Shown piece by piece: positions 33,940-48,249 of a DNA stretch of 64,000 nt. Under the pieces are notes generated by a model. It had not been told where the DNA came from, did not search any database, and saw nothing but the letters and a program-made list of their open reading frames with translations. How positions within the stretch are numbered: the stretch's first letter is position 1; each line of letters opens with the position of its first letter. Origin of the DNA: Amphiscolops sp. MND2022 (taxonomy: Eukaryota). The stretch lies in contig OZ076415.1 in NCBI GenBank assembly GCA_964187785.1, forward strand, positions 65,906,001 through 65,970,000, read 5' to 3'. The position numbers and the translations under genes are program-made.

Positions 33940-36569
33940 AAAGGCACTGTGCGGGATTCAGTCATTATTTGATTTTCAAAAGAAAATAAAATGGCAGAGC
34001 CGATTGTACGCAATTTGTGGGACCCCACATATATGACTTCAACAAAAAACGGACATGAAAGAAAGGTCTTTTTTACTGACTGCTTGAAAAATTCTTCGAC
34101 AATGAAGGAGTGAGTAGAACACGAAAAACGCGTCTCAGATCTGATTTTAATTCTCAGAAACCTAGACGCGGATTTCCATGCTCAGGATCCAACTGTTTGG
34201 GTTGACGTTGGTAAGTTCTTAACTTACTCAACTTCAAAGGAGAACTTGCGCAAAGAGTTCGAAATGTATCTCCCCATGCTGAAAGATAAGTTTCAAGGCA
34301 GCCGTAAGGAGATCTTGTTCAAATTGGAGTACGAACTTGAAAATTGTTTTGAAAATTGGAGCAAAAAGTCCTCATTTCTTGTGAGCGTGAGTAGGCTTCC
34401 ATCGCGCCTGAAAAATGAAAATGACCTAATGAAGTATATGAAACTCTGCGATCAGTTTTATGACGCTAAACGAATAATTAAAGCAGAAAAAATGACAATC
34501 AATAAACTGATCGAGCAAGGAGCGAGGTCGAGTCATGTGAGAACTGGCTATCCAGAAACTTCAAGAGTACAAAGCGATTTTAGATAAACGTCACGGACGC
34601 AGACGCAATCTTCTCAAACCTGATTCTTTGACCACTTTATCAAACGCCGAAAAAATTGTCACAGAAATGAATTCTATTGTTCAACAGGCAATGACTGACG
34701 CTCTGAACTATATTGATAGCTGAAATACAGCGGCAAACGATCCATTGGAAAACATAGAAACACCTGAAGTGTCTGGTTTTGAAAGTTCGGAGTTATCAAA
34801 AGACGATGAGAACCGTTCTCATGCGTTGGAAAAATCCAAGGCGAATGAAACACTTGACAAAGGATTGAAACTGCTTAAAAAGGCAAATCAATCAACATTA
34901 TTCCTCAAAATTAACGACCGGTTTGATAACCCAACTTTTCAACCTCAATCAGCTACTCCAGGTTCACAAAATGATTTTCTTTAGTAGACTACTCCCCTAC
35001 AAGAACATTAGCTAAGAGTGAGCCAGCAAAAAAAGCCGGTTCAAAAGTAGGATCCAATGTTTCGAAAATGAGTGAACGAAGACGATTGGAGATACAAGCT
35101 GAACTGATAGATCAAAAATCACAAATGGAAATTGAAAAAAAGGGAATATGATTTGAAACTGGAGACAATACGTCGGGAAATGGAAATGGAGAAGAGGCTC
35201 CAAGAGTTGCAGGCAGAATCGGAAAATGCTGATTTGAAACGTAAGAAGGCTTTTGAAAGGCAGCAAATGCGAATGCAAATAGATGAGGCTGAAGGATCAA
35301 TTCGAGCACCTTCAATATGTCCTAGTCGATGTCTCTTATCCTTGAAGAGGATAAAAACAGCGATATCAAAAGTTGGTTAGAACAAGGCGTTGAAGACTTA
35401 GATAAGTGCTTCTCGCAGCCGAAAGAACCTAGCAGAGAAGTAGAAAATAAAGGTGAGACAAGTAAACCGTCTCAGAAGTTCCAAACATTCGCTCACTAAA
35501 ACCTACTATCGCGACCTCAAGATCGAGGTACGAGTAAGTCACCACAGAGAAAAACCACTGGAATTACGTTCCCGAAAACAAACGCTTTGCTCCAGCAAGG
35601 CAATGAGAACCCGAAGCCTAAATATGACTTCGCGAAACCCTCATTCAAAATAGAAAGTGGTATTCCTTCCTTCACACCAGCAGTTCCTGTACAGCAACCT
35701 GTACATTTTGTTCAAACAAGCTTACTTAAATTGAAATTATCTGAAATTCATGGGGACCCATTGGAATGGCCAGAATGGTCCAGCTTGTTCACAGCCACCA
35801 TCCATAATGCGCCAATTGATGACAATGCAAAAATGAGTTATTTGAAAACACTCGTTAAAGGCAAGGCCAAGTCGGCTATTGCGGGTCTCGGATACTCAGG
35901 AGTCATGTATAGTGCAGCGTGGAATGCTTTGGTTACTAATTTCGGACGGCCACGAACCATTGTCAATGCTCAGATGAAGCAAATTCATTTGTGTCCTTTC
36001 ATCAAGTCGCATGATTCAGCAGCTATTATAAAGTACGCACAGTTGATTACTACATGCGTTAAGGTGTTGAAACAGTTCGGGTTCACTGGAGATTTGTATT
36101 CCGAGTCCGTCTTGAATTCAGCGTTGAGGAGGTTACCACCTGAATTGAAAACCAAGTGGTTTTTTCTTGCGAAGAGCAAAGGCTACTACCACGCTGATCT
36201 TTGCAAATTTAGCGAATGGCTGAACGAAGTTGCTTAAGTTCATGATGAAATGACAGTGCAATTCAACGAGAAAGTGAAATCCTCAACATTTGCTGCTAAT
36301 GAGCAGAACAAATTATTACCTGCATCAACAAAGCAATGTCCATTGAAGGATGGCGACCATAAAATCTGGATGTGTAAGAAGTTCAAACAACAAGGTGTTA
36401 ATGAGAGATACGAAACAATTAAGAAATTTAAACTTCGTTTCTGTTGTTTACACTCACATTTGATGAAGGATTGCAAGTCGGACAGAGTTTGTGGAGTAAA
36501 TGGATGCACCAAGAAACATAACAAGCTTTTGCACTCGGACACTCCTAAAACTGAAAAAGACAAGAAATC

Positions 36570-39500
36570 GGAGGAACCCTTGTCTCAAAACAGGGCCAGC
36601 GGTTCTTCAATGCTCTCAACAGGTAGCAGTGGTTTCTTACAGCTGATACCAATCTCAATTGGAAATGAGAAACGAAGCGTTGAAACGATAGCTCTTTGTG
36701 ATACTGGATCCACGGTATCATTTATGGACAAAACTTTGGTCAACATTTTGAAGCTGAAAGGTAAAGAATCCGTGATGTCGGTAGCTGGAATTCATGGGCT
36801 ATCTGACATGAAGACTAAAATTGTTACCGCCAGAATTGGTCCAAGTGGAACAGATACTGCGGGAGAAGAACTGGCCTTCTGCAGTCACCCAAACTTGAAT
36901 GTCGGTGAAAAGTCTACGATTTTACAAAATTGAAAGAAATTTATTCCTATTTGAACACTTTGCCGGATATAATAGTCTCGATGGCTGATGTCAAGGTCTT
37001 TCTTGGTCAAGATGCGTATCACCTGATCAGACCTCTTGAATATAAGTCAGGTGATAGGAATGAGCCTTGGGCAGTTAAAACTTCTTTGGGATGGACAGTG
37101 AGTGGAGCATTACCCAAAGCTGAAAGAAACTGTTTGGAAGCAACGTGTAACCTCTCCGTGTCTTCGGATCCTTTAGCGGATCAAATGAAAAAATGGTGGG
37201 ACATGGAGACATACGCGTCCGTGTGTGATGTCTCAGGACGTTCCAAGGAGGAAAAGAGAGCCCAAGCAATTTTGGAAAAAACTACCCAGCAAAACGGCGA
37301 ACGATATGAAGTAGGACTCCTCTGGGCCGATGACAACCCTAATTTGCCGAACAACTATTATTCTGCTTACCAACAGTTTCTGTCAATGGAGAGAAGACTA
37401 AGCAAGGATCCAGAGTTGAAAGAAGCTTACAAAGTGACCATTGAGATAGACTTAGAAAATCATTTTGTACGGAAACTGGAACAGGAAGAAATTGTGAGTA
37501 CAGAGAATGAAATGCAATGGTATTTACCTCACCATCCGGTCAAGCACCCACACAAATCAGGCAAGGTCAGAAGAGTTTGTAACGCAGCTTCAAAATTTAA
37601 AGGCGTTTCTTTGAATGACAAACTTCTCAGCGGACCTGTTATGTTGCGAAATTTAGTTGGAATTGTTTTTAGGTTTAGGGAACACCAAATAGCTATTACC
37701 GCCGATATTCAGTCCATGTTTTTGCAAGTAGCAGTTCCGAAAGAGGAATGTAAAGTACTTCGTTTCCTATGGCGTGATAGAACTGAAGACAGCATAGGAA
37801 TCTTCGAGTACAACAGGCACGTGTTTGGGGCAAAAAGTTCTCCAACTTGTGCGAACCACGGATTTCTACAAGGAGGAAGAGATCAAAAAGTTGAATTTCC
37901 TTCAGCAGCATCAACCATAGATAGAAACTTCCACTTGGACGATTTAGTGAAAAGTGTTGATAGTCCTCAGGCAGCTATTAATTGTTACCAAGAGTTGGTA
38001 GAGACTCTCAAACGTAGTGGATTCACATTGAAGAAGTGGGCTAGCAACAGTCCGGAAGTTTTGGAAATAATCCCAGTAGAAGATCAATTAGAAGCGAATG
38101 AATTCACGCTTAACGCAGAATCATCTGCCATTCTAGGTTTGGAGTGGATAATCGATAAAGATTGTCTGCAAGTATGTAGAGGACCTAACAAAGAATGTCC
38201 ACAAGATATAAATCAACGAGTAGTGTTATCTTTTGTTTCCTCAGTTTTTGATCCCATGGGAATTTTTGCACCTTTCACTATGCGGATGAGAATGCTTTTG
38301 AAAAGTATCTGGATTCGCTTTGGCCAATCATGGGATGAAAAAATTGCGGATGATGAAAAACAAGTATTCCTAGATTGGGTGACAGAAATGCAAACAATTA
38401 AAAACACCTCACTTCCTAGAAATTATTTCTCTGATGACCCCAAAAACGTTCAACTGCACCTCTTCAGTGATGCGTCTCTAGAAGCTATGTGCATCGTTGC
38501 TTATTTTCGAGCAGAAGTCAATGATGGAGTCGAAGTCTCTTTTGTTTTGGGCAAATGTAGAATAGCTCCCATCAAACAACTGTCTATACCTCGTATAGAG
38601 CTTCAAGCAGCGGTATATTCAGTCTGATTGAGAACCTTGATTAATCAAGAACATGACTTACGGATTAACAGTGTTACTCATTGGACTGATTCAGTTACTG
38701 TGCTTCAATGGTTACACTCAGCTGACAAAAAACAAAATGTTTTTGTAGCTAACAAAGCAGCTGAGATATTGGAAAACTCCACAATTGACAAGTGGAAGCA
38801 CGTTAAAGATGCAATGAATCCATCTGATATTGGGACGCGTGGAATTACTTTAGAGAAATTGACAGAAAGTGATTGGTTATCTGGACCAATTTGGCTCAAA
38901 GACCATCCTGACGATTGGCCTTCGTCTCTGCAACCAATTAACTTGGTGCGTGATGACCATGCTGCAGTTGCAGTAATTGCGAACACAAGCATGACTCAGG
39001 ATCCAATAGTTGATTGGAGCAGGTTTAGCAGTTTTTCCAAATGTGTGCGAGTTATTGCATTTTGCTTACGTTTGAAGTTCAAGAGTCAATCTAAGGTATT
39101 ACTTCCATGTGAACTGCAACGAGCGGAAGAAAAGGTTCTGAAACTAATCCAACGAGAAACCTTTCTTGAAGTATATGATGGAAAGCAATTGTTTGGTAAG
39201 ACAAGCAAAGGTGGAGACTTTTTATTTTCTCTTTTTTTGATGAATGCGGTATGATTCGAATAAGAGGTCGCAGCAAACATGCGAATTTGAGCTTCCAACA
39301 GCGACATCCAATTCTTTTATCCACAAAACACGACATGGTTAGTGTAATGTTACGTGATTTACATCTGGAACACAACCATGAAGGAGTAGAGTATGTTAGA
39401 AGCGTAATACAACAGAAGTTTTGGATTTTGGGATTACGAAATGCTTTGAGGAGCATTAATAGCAATTGTGTTTACTGTCGCAAATTACGTGCGCAGATAA

Positions 39501-42500
39501 AATCTCCTCTCATGGCCGATTTACTTGCCGAGAGGCTCGATTATCAGTCATACCCTTTTACCCACGTTGGAATGGATTAATTCGGTCCATTCGAAGTTAA
39601 AATGTTACGAAGATCCATGAAACGATGGTGCTGTTTGTTTACTTGTTTAACTACCAGAGCAGTGCATATCGAAGTGGTTCGAAGCTTTGACACCGATTCC
39701 TGTTTGGTAGCTATCAACAGATTTATCGCCAGACGTGGCAAGCCAACAACCATCAAAAGTGATAATGGTACTAACTTTGTTGGATCCGCGAGAGAGTTAA
39801 AAGAGTACATCAACTCGTGGAATCAGAATCAAATTACATCAGAATTGCCTCAAAAGCATATCGCATGGAAATTTAACCCTCCTCGAGGAGGAACCCTTGT
39901 CTCAAAACAGGGCCAGCGGTTCTTCAATGCTCTCAACAGGTAGCAGTGGTTTCTTACAGCTGATACCAATCTCAATTGGAAATGAGAAACGAAGCGTTGA
40001 AACGATAGCTCTTTGTGATACTGGATCCACGGTATCATTTATGGACAAAACTTTGGTGAAAGAATCCGTGATGTCGGTAGCTGGAATTCATGGGCTATCT
40101 GACATGAAGACTAAAATTGTTACCGCCAGAATTGGTCCAAGTGGAACAGATACTGCGGGAGAAGAACTGGCCTTCTGCAGTCACCCAAACTTGAATGTCG
40201 GTGAAAAGTCTACGATTTTACAAAATTGAAAGAAATTTATTCCTATTTGAACACTTTGCCGGATATAATAGTCTCGATGGCTGATGTCAAGGTCTTTCTT
40301 GGTCAAGATGCGTATCACCTGATCAGACCTCTTGAATATAAGTCAGGTGATAGGAATGAGCCTTGGGCAGTTAAAACTTCTTTGGGATGGACAGTGAGTG
40401 GAGCATTACCCAAAGCTGAAACAAACTGTTTGGAAGCAACGTGTAACCTCTCCGTGTCTTCGGATCCTTTAGCGGATCAAATGAAAAAATGGTGGGACAT
40501 GGAGACATACGCGTCCGTGTGTGATGTCTCAGGACGTTCCAAGGAGGAAAAGAGAGCCCAAGCAATTTTGGAAAAAACTACCCAGCAAAACGGCGAACGA
40601 TATGAAGTAGGACTCCTCTGGGCCGATGACAACCCTAATTTGCCGAACAACTATTATTCTGCTTACCAACAGTTTCTGTCAATGGAGAGAAGACTAAGCA
40701 AGGATCCAGAGTTGAAAGAAGCTTACAAAGTGACCATTGAGATAGACTTAGAAAATCATTTTGTACGGAAACTGGAACAGGAAGAAATTGTGAGTACAGA
40801 GAATGAAATGCAATGGTATTTACCTCACCATCCGGTCAAGCACCCACACAAATCAGGCAAGGTCAGAAGAGTTTGTAACGCAGCTTCAAAATTTAAAGGC
40901 GTTTCTTTGAATGACAAACTTCTCAGCGGACCTGTTATGTTGCGAAATTTAGTTGGAATTGTTTTTAGGTTTAGGGAACACCAAATAGCTATTACCGCCG
41001 ATATTCAGTCCATGTTTTTGCAAGTAGCAGTTCCGAAAGAGGAATGTAAAGTACTTCGTTTCCTATGGCGTGATAGAACTGAAGACAGCATAGGAATCTT
41101 CGAGTACAACAGGCACGTGTTTGGGGCAAAAAGTTCTCCAACTTGTGCGAACCACGGATTTCTACAAGGAGGAAGAGATCAAAAAGTTGAATTTCCTTCA
41201 GCAGCATCAACCATAGATAGAAACTTCCACTTGGACGATTTAGTGAAAAGTGTTGATAGTCCTCAGGCAGCTATTAATTGTTACCAAGAGTTGGTAGAGA
41301 CTCTCAAACGTAGTGGATTCACATTGAAGAAGTGGGCTAGCAACAGTCCGGAAGTTTTGGAAATAATCCCAGTAGAAGATCAATTAGAAGCGAATGAATT
41401 CACGCTTAACGCAGAATCATCTGCCATTCTAGGTTTGGAGTGGATAATCGATAAAGATTGTCTGCAAGTATGTAGAGGACCTAACAAAGAATGTCCACAA
41501 GATATAAATCAACGAGTAGTGTTATCTTTTGTTTCCTCAGTTTTTGATCCCATGGGAATTTTTGCACCTTTCACTATGCGGATGAGAATGCTTTTGAAAA
41601 GTATCTGGATTCGCTTTGGCCAATCATGGGATGAAAAAATTGCGGATGATGAAAAACAAGTATTCCTAGATTGGGTGACAGAAATGCAAACAATTAAAAA
41701 CACCTCACTTCCTAGAAATTATTTCTCTGATGACCCCAAAAACGTTCAACTGCACCTCTTCAGTGATGCGTCTCTAGAAGCTATGTGCATCGTTGCTTAT
41801 TTTCGAGCAGAAGTCAATGATGGAGTCGAAGTCTCTTTTGTTTTGGGCAAATGTAGAATAGCTCCCATCAAACAACTGTCTATACCTCGTATAGAGCTTC
41901 AAGCAGCGGTATATTCAGTCTGATTGAGAACCTTGATTAATCAAGAACATGACTTACGGATTAACAGTGTTACTCATTGGACTGATTCAGTTACTGTGCT
42001 TCAATGGTTACACTCAGCTGACAAAAAACAAAATGTTTTTGTAGCTAACAAAGCAGCTGAGATATTGGAAAACTCCACAATTGACAAGTGGAAGCACGTT
42101 AAAGATGCAATGAATCCATCTGATATTGGGACGCGTGGAATTACTTTAGAGAAATTGACAGAAAGTGATTGGTTATCTGGACCAATTTGGCTCAAAGACC
42201 ATCCTGACGATTGGCCTTCGTCTCTGCAACCAATTAACTTGGTGCGTGATGACCATGCTGCAGTTGCAGTAATTGCGAACACAAGCATGACTCAGGATCC
42301 AATAGTTGATTGGAGCAGGTTTAGCAGTTTTTCCAAATGTGTGCGAGTTATTGCATTTTGCTTACGTTTGAAGTTCAAGAGTCAATCTAAGGTATTACTT
42401 CCATGTGAACTGCAACGAGCGGAAGAAAAGGTTCTGAAACTAATCCAACGAGAAACCTTTCTTGAAGTATATGATGGAAAGCAATTGTTTGGTAAGACAA

Positions 42501-43179
42501 GCAAAGGTGGAGACTTTTTATTTTCTCTTTTTTTGATGAATGCGGTATGATTCGAATAAGAGGTCGCAGCAAACATGCGAATTTGAGCTTCCAACAGCGA
42601 CATCCAATTCTTTTATCCACAAAACACGACATGGTTAGTGTAATGTTACGTGATTTACATCTGGAACACAACCATGAAGGAGTAGAGTATGTTAGAAGCG
42701 TAATACAACAGAAGTTTTGGATTTTGGGATTACGAAATGCTTTGAGGAGCATTAATAGCAATTGTGTTTACTGTCGCAAATTACGTGCGCAGATAAAATC
42801 TCCTCTCATGGCCGATTTACTTGCCGAGAGGCTCGATTATCAGTCATACCCTTTTACCCACGTTGGAATGGATTAATTCGGTCCATTCGAAGTTAAAATG
42901 TTACGAAGATCCATGAAACGATGGTGCTGTTTGTTTACTTGTTTAACTACCAGAGCAGTGCATATCGAAGTGGTTCGAAGCTTTGACACCGATTCCTGTT
43001 TGGTAGCTATCAACAGATTTATCGCCAGACGTGGCAAGCCAACAACCATCAAAAGTGATAATGGTACTAACTTTGTTGGATCCGCGAGAGAGTTAAAAGA
43101 GTACATCAACTCGTGGAATCAGAATCAAATTACATCAGAATTGGCTCAAAAGCATATCGCATGGAAATTTAACCCTCCT
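36570..43179 (+). repeat. Internal 3.3-kb tandem duplication of protease-RT-RH-partial integrase
   Basis: Copies 36570-39883 and 39887-43179; offset 3317, becoming 3296 after a 21-nt deletion in copy 2. Both copies share the same disabling lesions. Confidence 0.95.
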
Positions 43180-44914
43180 GGGGCACCTCATTTTGGGGGT
43201 GTTTGGGAACGGTTGGTCAGAAGTTGCAAGAAAGCAATGGGAAATCGATCTCTGACTGATGAATCTTTGACTACAACCATGTGCTTGGTTAAACAAACTT
43301 CGATTGCACGTCCTATTACCCCAGCAAGTGATGATCCTGCTGATTTGAAGGCCCTTACGCCTAATCATTTCATTCTGGGTCGTGCGAATATTTGTATACC
43401 CTTTATCCCCAATGCTGAAGTTTTATTCCAATCATCGCAAGATGTTTCGATTGTGTCAGGCTTATGCTGATATGATTTGGAAACGATGGGTTGCAGAATA
43501 CCTACCCCAAACCCATGTCAGAAACCATTCGAGTAAACAAGAAGCCAATGTTGAAGTTGGCGACTTAGTTTGGTTGGTGGATAACAATGTGAAAAGGTCT
43601 CATTATAAGATGGCACGAATTCAAGAAATTTATCCAGCCAAAGATGGTATAGTGAGATCAGTGCTCATCAAAACTCATGATGGTACCTTCAAACGACCTG
43701 TAGTAAAGTTGGCGCCAGTCTTCAATGAGCGTTTTCAGTCTAAAAACGGGGCAGGCATTGTTGGCGCCTAGAAAATAACTTGAAATCAGCTATTCGAAAA
43801 ATACCCTAAAATAGCCCCAATTGGTGGCTGTAAAAGATTGAGTTTTGGGAATCACACTCTAGGATGGTCGGCGACCGACATATTTTTGGCCAATTAAACC
43901 ATCTAAGGTAAAAAACCGGAAATCGAAGGCAAAAATTCGAAAAATATTTTTTTCTGAGGCAAAATCAGACTTTTCTTCTAATATAGTACAAATTTGGTAA
44001 TTTATCGTCCTGCTTGTGTATTTAACCTGTCAAGTGGTCATATTTGGTTATATCTAGTCCAAGCGGAAGCCGGTAGAGCTTTTGTAACCTCATAGAAGCT
44101 TTGTGGGCAAATAACAAATTTAATCATGAACCACAAAACCTTGTAGATGTATGCTTCAGATGATGATATACCAATATCTTTATATACTTTATCGACTCGA
44201 AAGTGGGCAGTTTGTTAACTTTATGTATCAATATAGAACAATTATTGTGCCCTCATATTTGATGGTAAACATGGCAGTTTATGTAATTTCCTGTATTGTT
44301 ACCAACCCAAGTTAACTCCTTCTTGAAAGAGAGACCCAAAAAGTGAGATTGAAAACGGTTAAAATTCCTTGTTCAAGCAACCAAGAAAGTAATTGTTCGG
44401 AACTTTATCGATTGAGTATTCAAGTTAACATGGGCTATTATAGAGCTATTTCGAAGTTGTTCTTGTTTTGATACTGGATTCGAGATTCCAACAATATATT
44501 ATTATTGCATTTCTGGCAATTTTTCGCTTGAAAAGGTTTTGAGACAGAAGACTCTCAATCTTTTGGCAAAGTTATTCGACTACGATTTGTTACTCCCCAA
44601 TTTAATCGACGATGCAACTGTTTAGTGAGTTTTATGAGACAACTCTTCAAGTCAGTAAATTCTATGTTTTCAAAACAAGTCGAAAAGTGGTCACAGATGC
44701 AGTAATTGCTTCACCGACCATCGGAAACTTGTTTAAACAATAGGTATTGTCCAGAACTTGAAAAGAAGGGACATTTTGAAGTTATTGAAAGTAGTGGATT
44801 TTGCAAGTGCCTTTCTCGCAGAAACAGTTCTTAGACGTGCCCGCAAGTTGTCAACCAGGTCGTCGTAAAGCTTGGTAAGTGATTTTGTTATCATACCTTG
44901 CAGACGTAAAATTT

Positions 44915-45424
44915 TGGTGCCGCGACCCGGGAAAAGGCACTGTGCGGGATTCGGTCATTATTTGATTTTCAAAAGAAAATAAAATGGCAGAGCCGACTGT
45001 ACGCAATTTGCGGGACCCCACATATATGACTTCAACAAAAAACTGACATGAAAGAAAGGTCTTTTTTACTGACTGCTTGAAAAATTCTTCGACAATGAAG
45101 GAGTGAGTGGAACACGAAAAACGCGTCTCAGATCTGATTTTAATTCTCAGAAACCTAGGCGCGGATTTCCAGGATCTCCATGCTCAGGATCCAACTGTTT
45201 GGGTTGACGTTGGTAAGTTCTTAACTTACTCAACTTCAAAGGATAACTTGCGCAAAGAGTTCGAAATGTATCTCCCCATGCTGAAAGATAAGTTTCAAGG
45301 CAGCCGTAAGGAGATCTTGTTCAAATTGGAGTACGAACTTGAAAATTGTTTTGAGAATTGGAGCAAAAAGTCCTCATTTCTTGTGAGCGTGAGTAGGCTT
45401 CCATCGCGCCTGAAAATTGAAAAT
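44915..45424 (+). mobile_element. Start of a second, tandem BEL internal region sharing the 43759 LTR
   Basis: PBS plus gag start matching 33922-34420, with SNPs and a 9-nt insertion; cut by the gap. Confidence 0.9.
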
Positions 45425-45624
45425 NNNNNNNNNNNNNNNNNNNNNNNNNNNNNNNNNNNNNNNNNNNNNNNNNNNNNNNNNNNNNNNNNNNNNNNNNNNN
45501 NNNNNNNNNNNNNNNNNNNNNNNNNNNNNNNNNNNNNNNNNNNNNNNNNNNNNNNNNNNNNNNNNNNNNNNNNNNNNNNNNNNNNNNNNNNNNNNNNNNN
45601 NNNNNNNNNNNNNNNNNNNNNNNN
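45425..45624. other. Assembly gap (200 N)
   Basis: Run of N; the true size is unknown. Confidence 1.
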
Positions 45625-47220
45625 TTTTTACGCATTCGAACAGCTTATCGGACGGATACCTTCGGTTTTTGAAAAAAATAATTCGAAGTACTTTCTTTTG
45701 CAGCAGAGGAATGTCCTTCAATTTACTTTTCCTCTTGCAACCATATACTAAAAGACCGTACTGGATGATAGGCTTCATGTAATTGTTATAAGATCTGACA
45801 ACTATTGAACTTATACAAAACGATCTCAAACACATTACCACTGATACAATTTTAGTCATTTTACCAAGTACACTTTGAACATGGGCTCTGAAGGTCAAAT
45901 TATTATCCAAGTGAACACCCAGAAACTTCACAGATTTGGTTGGAGATATGGTAGTATTTGCCATTTTCGCACTTTCATCCCGACAGCTCAATAACTGCAC
46001 AAGCTCAGTCTTTCCAATATGAAGGCTCGAATTATTTTTTGCCATCCACGACGGCATAGGCTCCACTTTATCTTGAAGTGTCGATGTAGAATTTTTCGTT
46101 CGAATAAACGCACAGTTAGTATCATCTGCGCACAAGAATGGTACAATATTATCACATGGAAAAACCTTGAAGTATATAAGAAACAATAGCGGTTATAAAA
46201 TCCATCCTTGTGGTCCACCACAGTCAACAGTTAGGGTTTTTGAATATTGATGATTAATGGCAACGCATTGGATACAATCATTGAGGTACGACCTGATCCA
46301 TTCTAAACAAATAACTCTAAGACCATAGCCCTCCAATTTGAATAAAGAGAGTTCATGTTTAATTGTATCAGAAGCCTTTCTTAGATCTAATAGCATTCAG
46401 GAAAAATCAAGATGAGTTTTATTCAGGATCAGTTCCGTTATGTCCGTTAGTGCATGCAGTGTACTCGTTTCCGATCTGAATCCGAATTGACGACAATAGA
46501 AAAGGTTGTTTACTTACATGAAATTATACAGTCTCACGAAAATTACGCGCTCAAAGACATTGCTCAGAACTGATAAAATTGATTTGAGTCTATAATTCTC
46601 ACAATTGCTCATTTCCCCACATTTAAAGATTGGAACCACTTCCGCAGCTTTAAAAATCTTTGGGAAACCACCACTTGCTAATGACTCGTTGACAGGGTAG
46701 GTCAGTCTATCACAAATCACATCAAGCCTAAACTTCAAAATTTTAGCAGTTAGCGCATCTATTCCGGCCGATTAATGGTTCTTAAGGTTCCGTACAAATT
46801 TGGATATTTCCAGGGTATCATTTGGATAGAAAGAGAGACTTCTCAATATTAGCTAATCCTTTAGTGAATGGAACAGTGGGACTTGAAGCGGCTAAAGTGC
46901 TGCTTAACGAAACGAACTTCTCCTTGAACAAGTTTGATACGGAAAAACCATCTGTGTTCAGCTTGTTTTCATTGTCCGATTATGAAGTTGCCGTTCTTCT
47001 TCTGTCTACCAGTTAGTTGATTAAATTCATTGAAAAAGCGTTTTGGCGAATTCAAGATCCGAGTAAGTCGATCATCAAATTATTCTCGTTTCTTCGACCG
47101 CAGGAGTTCGCACACGCAATTTCTCATTTTCCTGCATCTCGTTTTGTTAGAAGGAGTACGATTTCGCTTGTTTCTGTAAGCCTAATTGTTGTGATAAACT
47201 TAATAAAATAGAGAAACATG
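45625..47220 (-). mobile_element. Decayed CR1/L2-type LINE RT
   Basis: NYRLKSILSVLSNVFER, LDLRKASDTIKH, GGPQGWIL, FLCADDT, FLGVHLDNNLTF, YMKPIIQYGLLVYG; frameshifted. Confidence 0.9.
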
Positions 47221-47689
47221 CCTTCTACTAGAATGGCATCATCCATTCAAGATGAAGATGAGGGCTCGTCACACCTGATTGAATGTACAGGAAAAGGGTA
47301 GAACGGAAAGGGCTGTGTGGCGTGGATCCCTGTCTGGCTCCCAAAACAACACCCAAAGTATTCCCGAATCGTCCTTTTCCGTGTGGCTTCTGTGCAGTTT
47401 CTGAGGTTTCGGAGCTTCGTGACAAACAGTACGAAGACCCCGAGCAATCCCCAATTACTGATGAATTCAATGCTGATTCTAACGAGCAGTATGGGAGATG
47501 AGATACTGTCAGACTTTTCGGAGTGAAAGAAGAAGCCGAGGAGGTTGTCTACCAAAAAAATTGTTGATGTTCCTATTAAAGTGGGACACCAGCATATGTC
47601 ACCGGGTTCCTAACAGAAACTTGAAAAAAGCTGAAGGGCGCTCTATCATTGTGAAATTGTGGTGACCAGATTTTCAGAAGTGAGAAATA

Positions 47690-48010
47690 ATTTTAGAGGC
47701 TAAAGTTGTTCATGCAGCGTAAATAGGAATCCTATTAGCTATGCTTCGATGATGTCAAAATCCTGACCTCTGAATAATACTGTTTAATACACTTCAGTAC
47801 CATGTATCCTGGATTCAAGCCAAAACAGTGCATTGCAGATTTTGAGACCAGCTTGTGGGTTAAACGGACTCACAGTGTATGACCCGGCGTGGCAGAAGAA
47901 TTTGATGACACTTCCAATGTTACCCCCAGATTCCATTATGAAAGTTTCAGCAAGTTTACTCCTACCGCTGAAATGCGCAATGGCTGAAAAAGTGACCGTC
48001 AAGCAAATGT
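47690..48010 (+). pseudogene. Mutator-like (MULE) transposase fragment
   Basis: PISYASMMSKS, FKPKQCIADFETSL and LMTLPMLPPDSI in MULE order across frameshifts. Confidence 0.5.
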
Positions 48011-48249
48011 TACCGTTGTTTTGTTTTTGAATTGAAGATTTGTTGATTGTTTGAAAAGCTCAGTTTTTTAGATCTTATTCCGTTAGATCTTAATCCATAA
48101 GATCTCAGGCGGTCTTGGATTGTATTAGATATTCCTCCCTTCAGGTGTCTTAGATAATAGTCCGTTTCCATGAACTTTTCGTTAAAAAATCAATTCATTT
48201 GGTCTATAATAGGTTGTTTTTTGTCATTGCTTGAGTTAACATGAAACTG

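Larger units (their letters stand above)
32779..44902 (+). mobile_element. BEL/Pao LTR retrotransposon, decayed, with internal duplication
   Basis: LTRs start TGTTGG at 32779 and 43759 (~1.13 kb; exact 3' end uncertain); PBS 33922; PPT AAAAACGGGGCAGGCA before 43759. Domains: gag DUF1759-like (LKLKLSEIHGDPLEWPEW), Cys/His knuckles, protease ALCDTGST, RT (WYLPHHPV, ADIQSMFLQV, FGAKSSP, NFHLDD), RNase H LHLFSDAS, integrase (HIEVV, SDNGTNFVG, APHFGGVWERLV), DUF5641-like tail. Multiple stops and frameshifts. Confidence 0.97.

Noticed and set aside
45107-46186. Long ORFs spanning the N run
   Set aside because: Artefacts of translating through the gap; they fuse BEL gag with an unrelated LINE.
47230-47560. 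PFPCGFC zinc-finger-like fragment
   Set aside because: The second pair of ligands is absent and the frame closes; it cannot be supported beyond a probable TE scrap.
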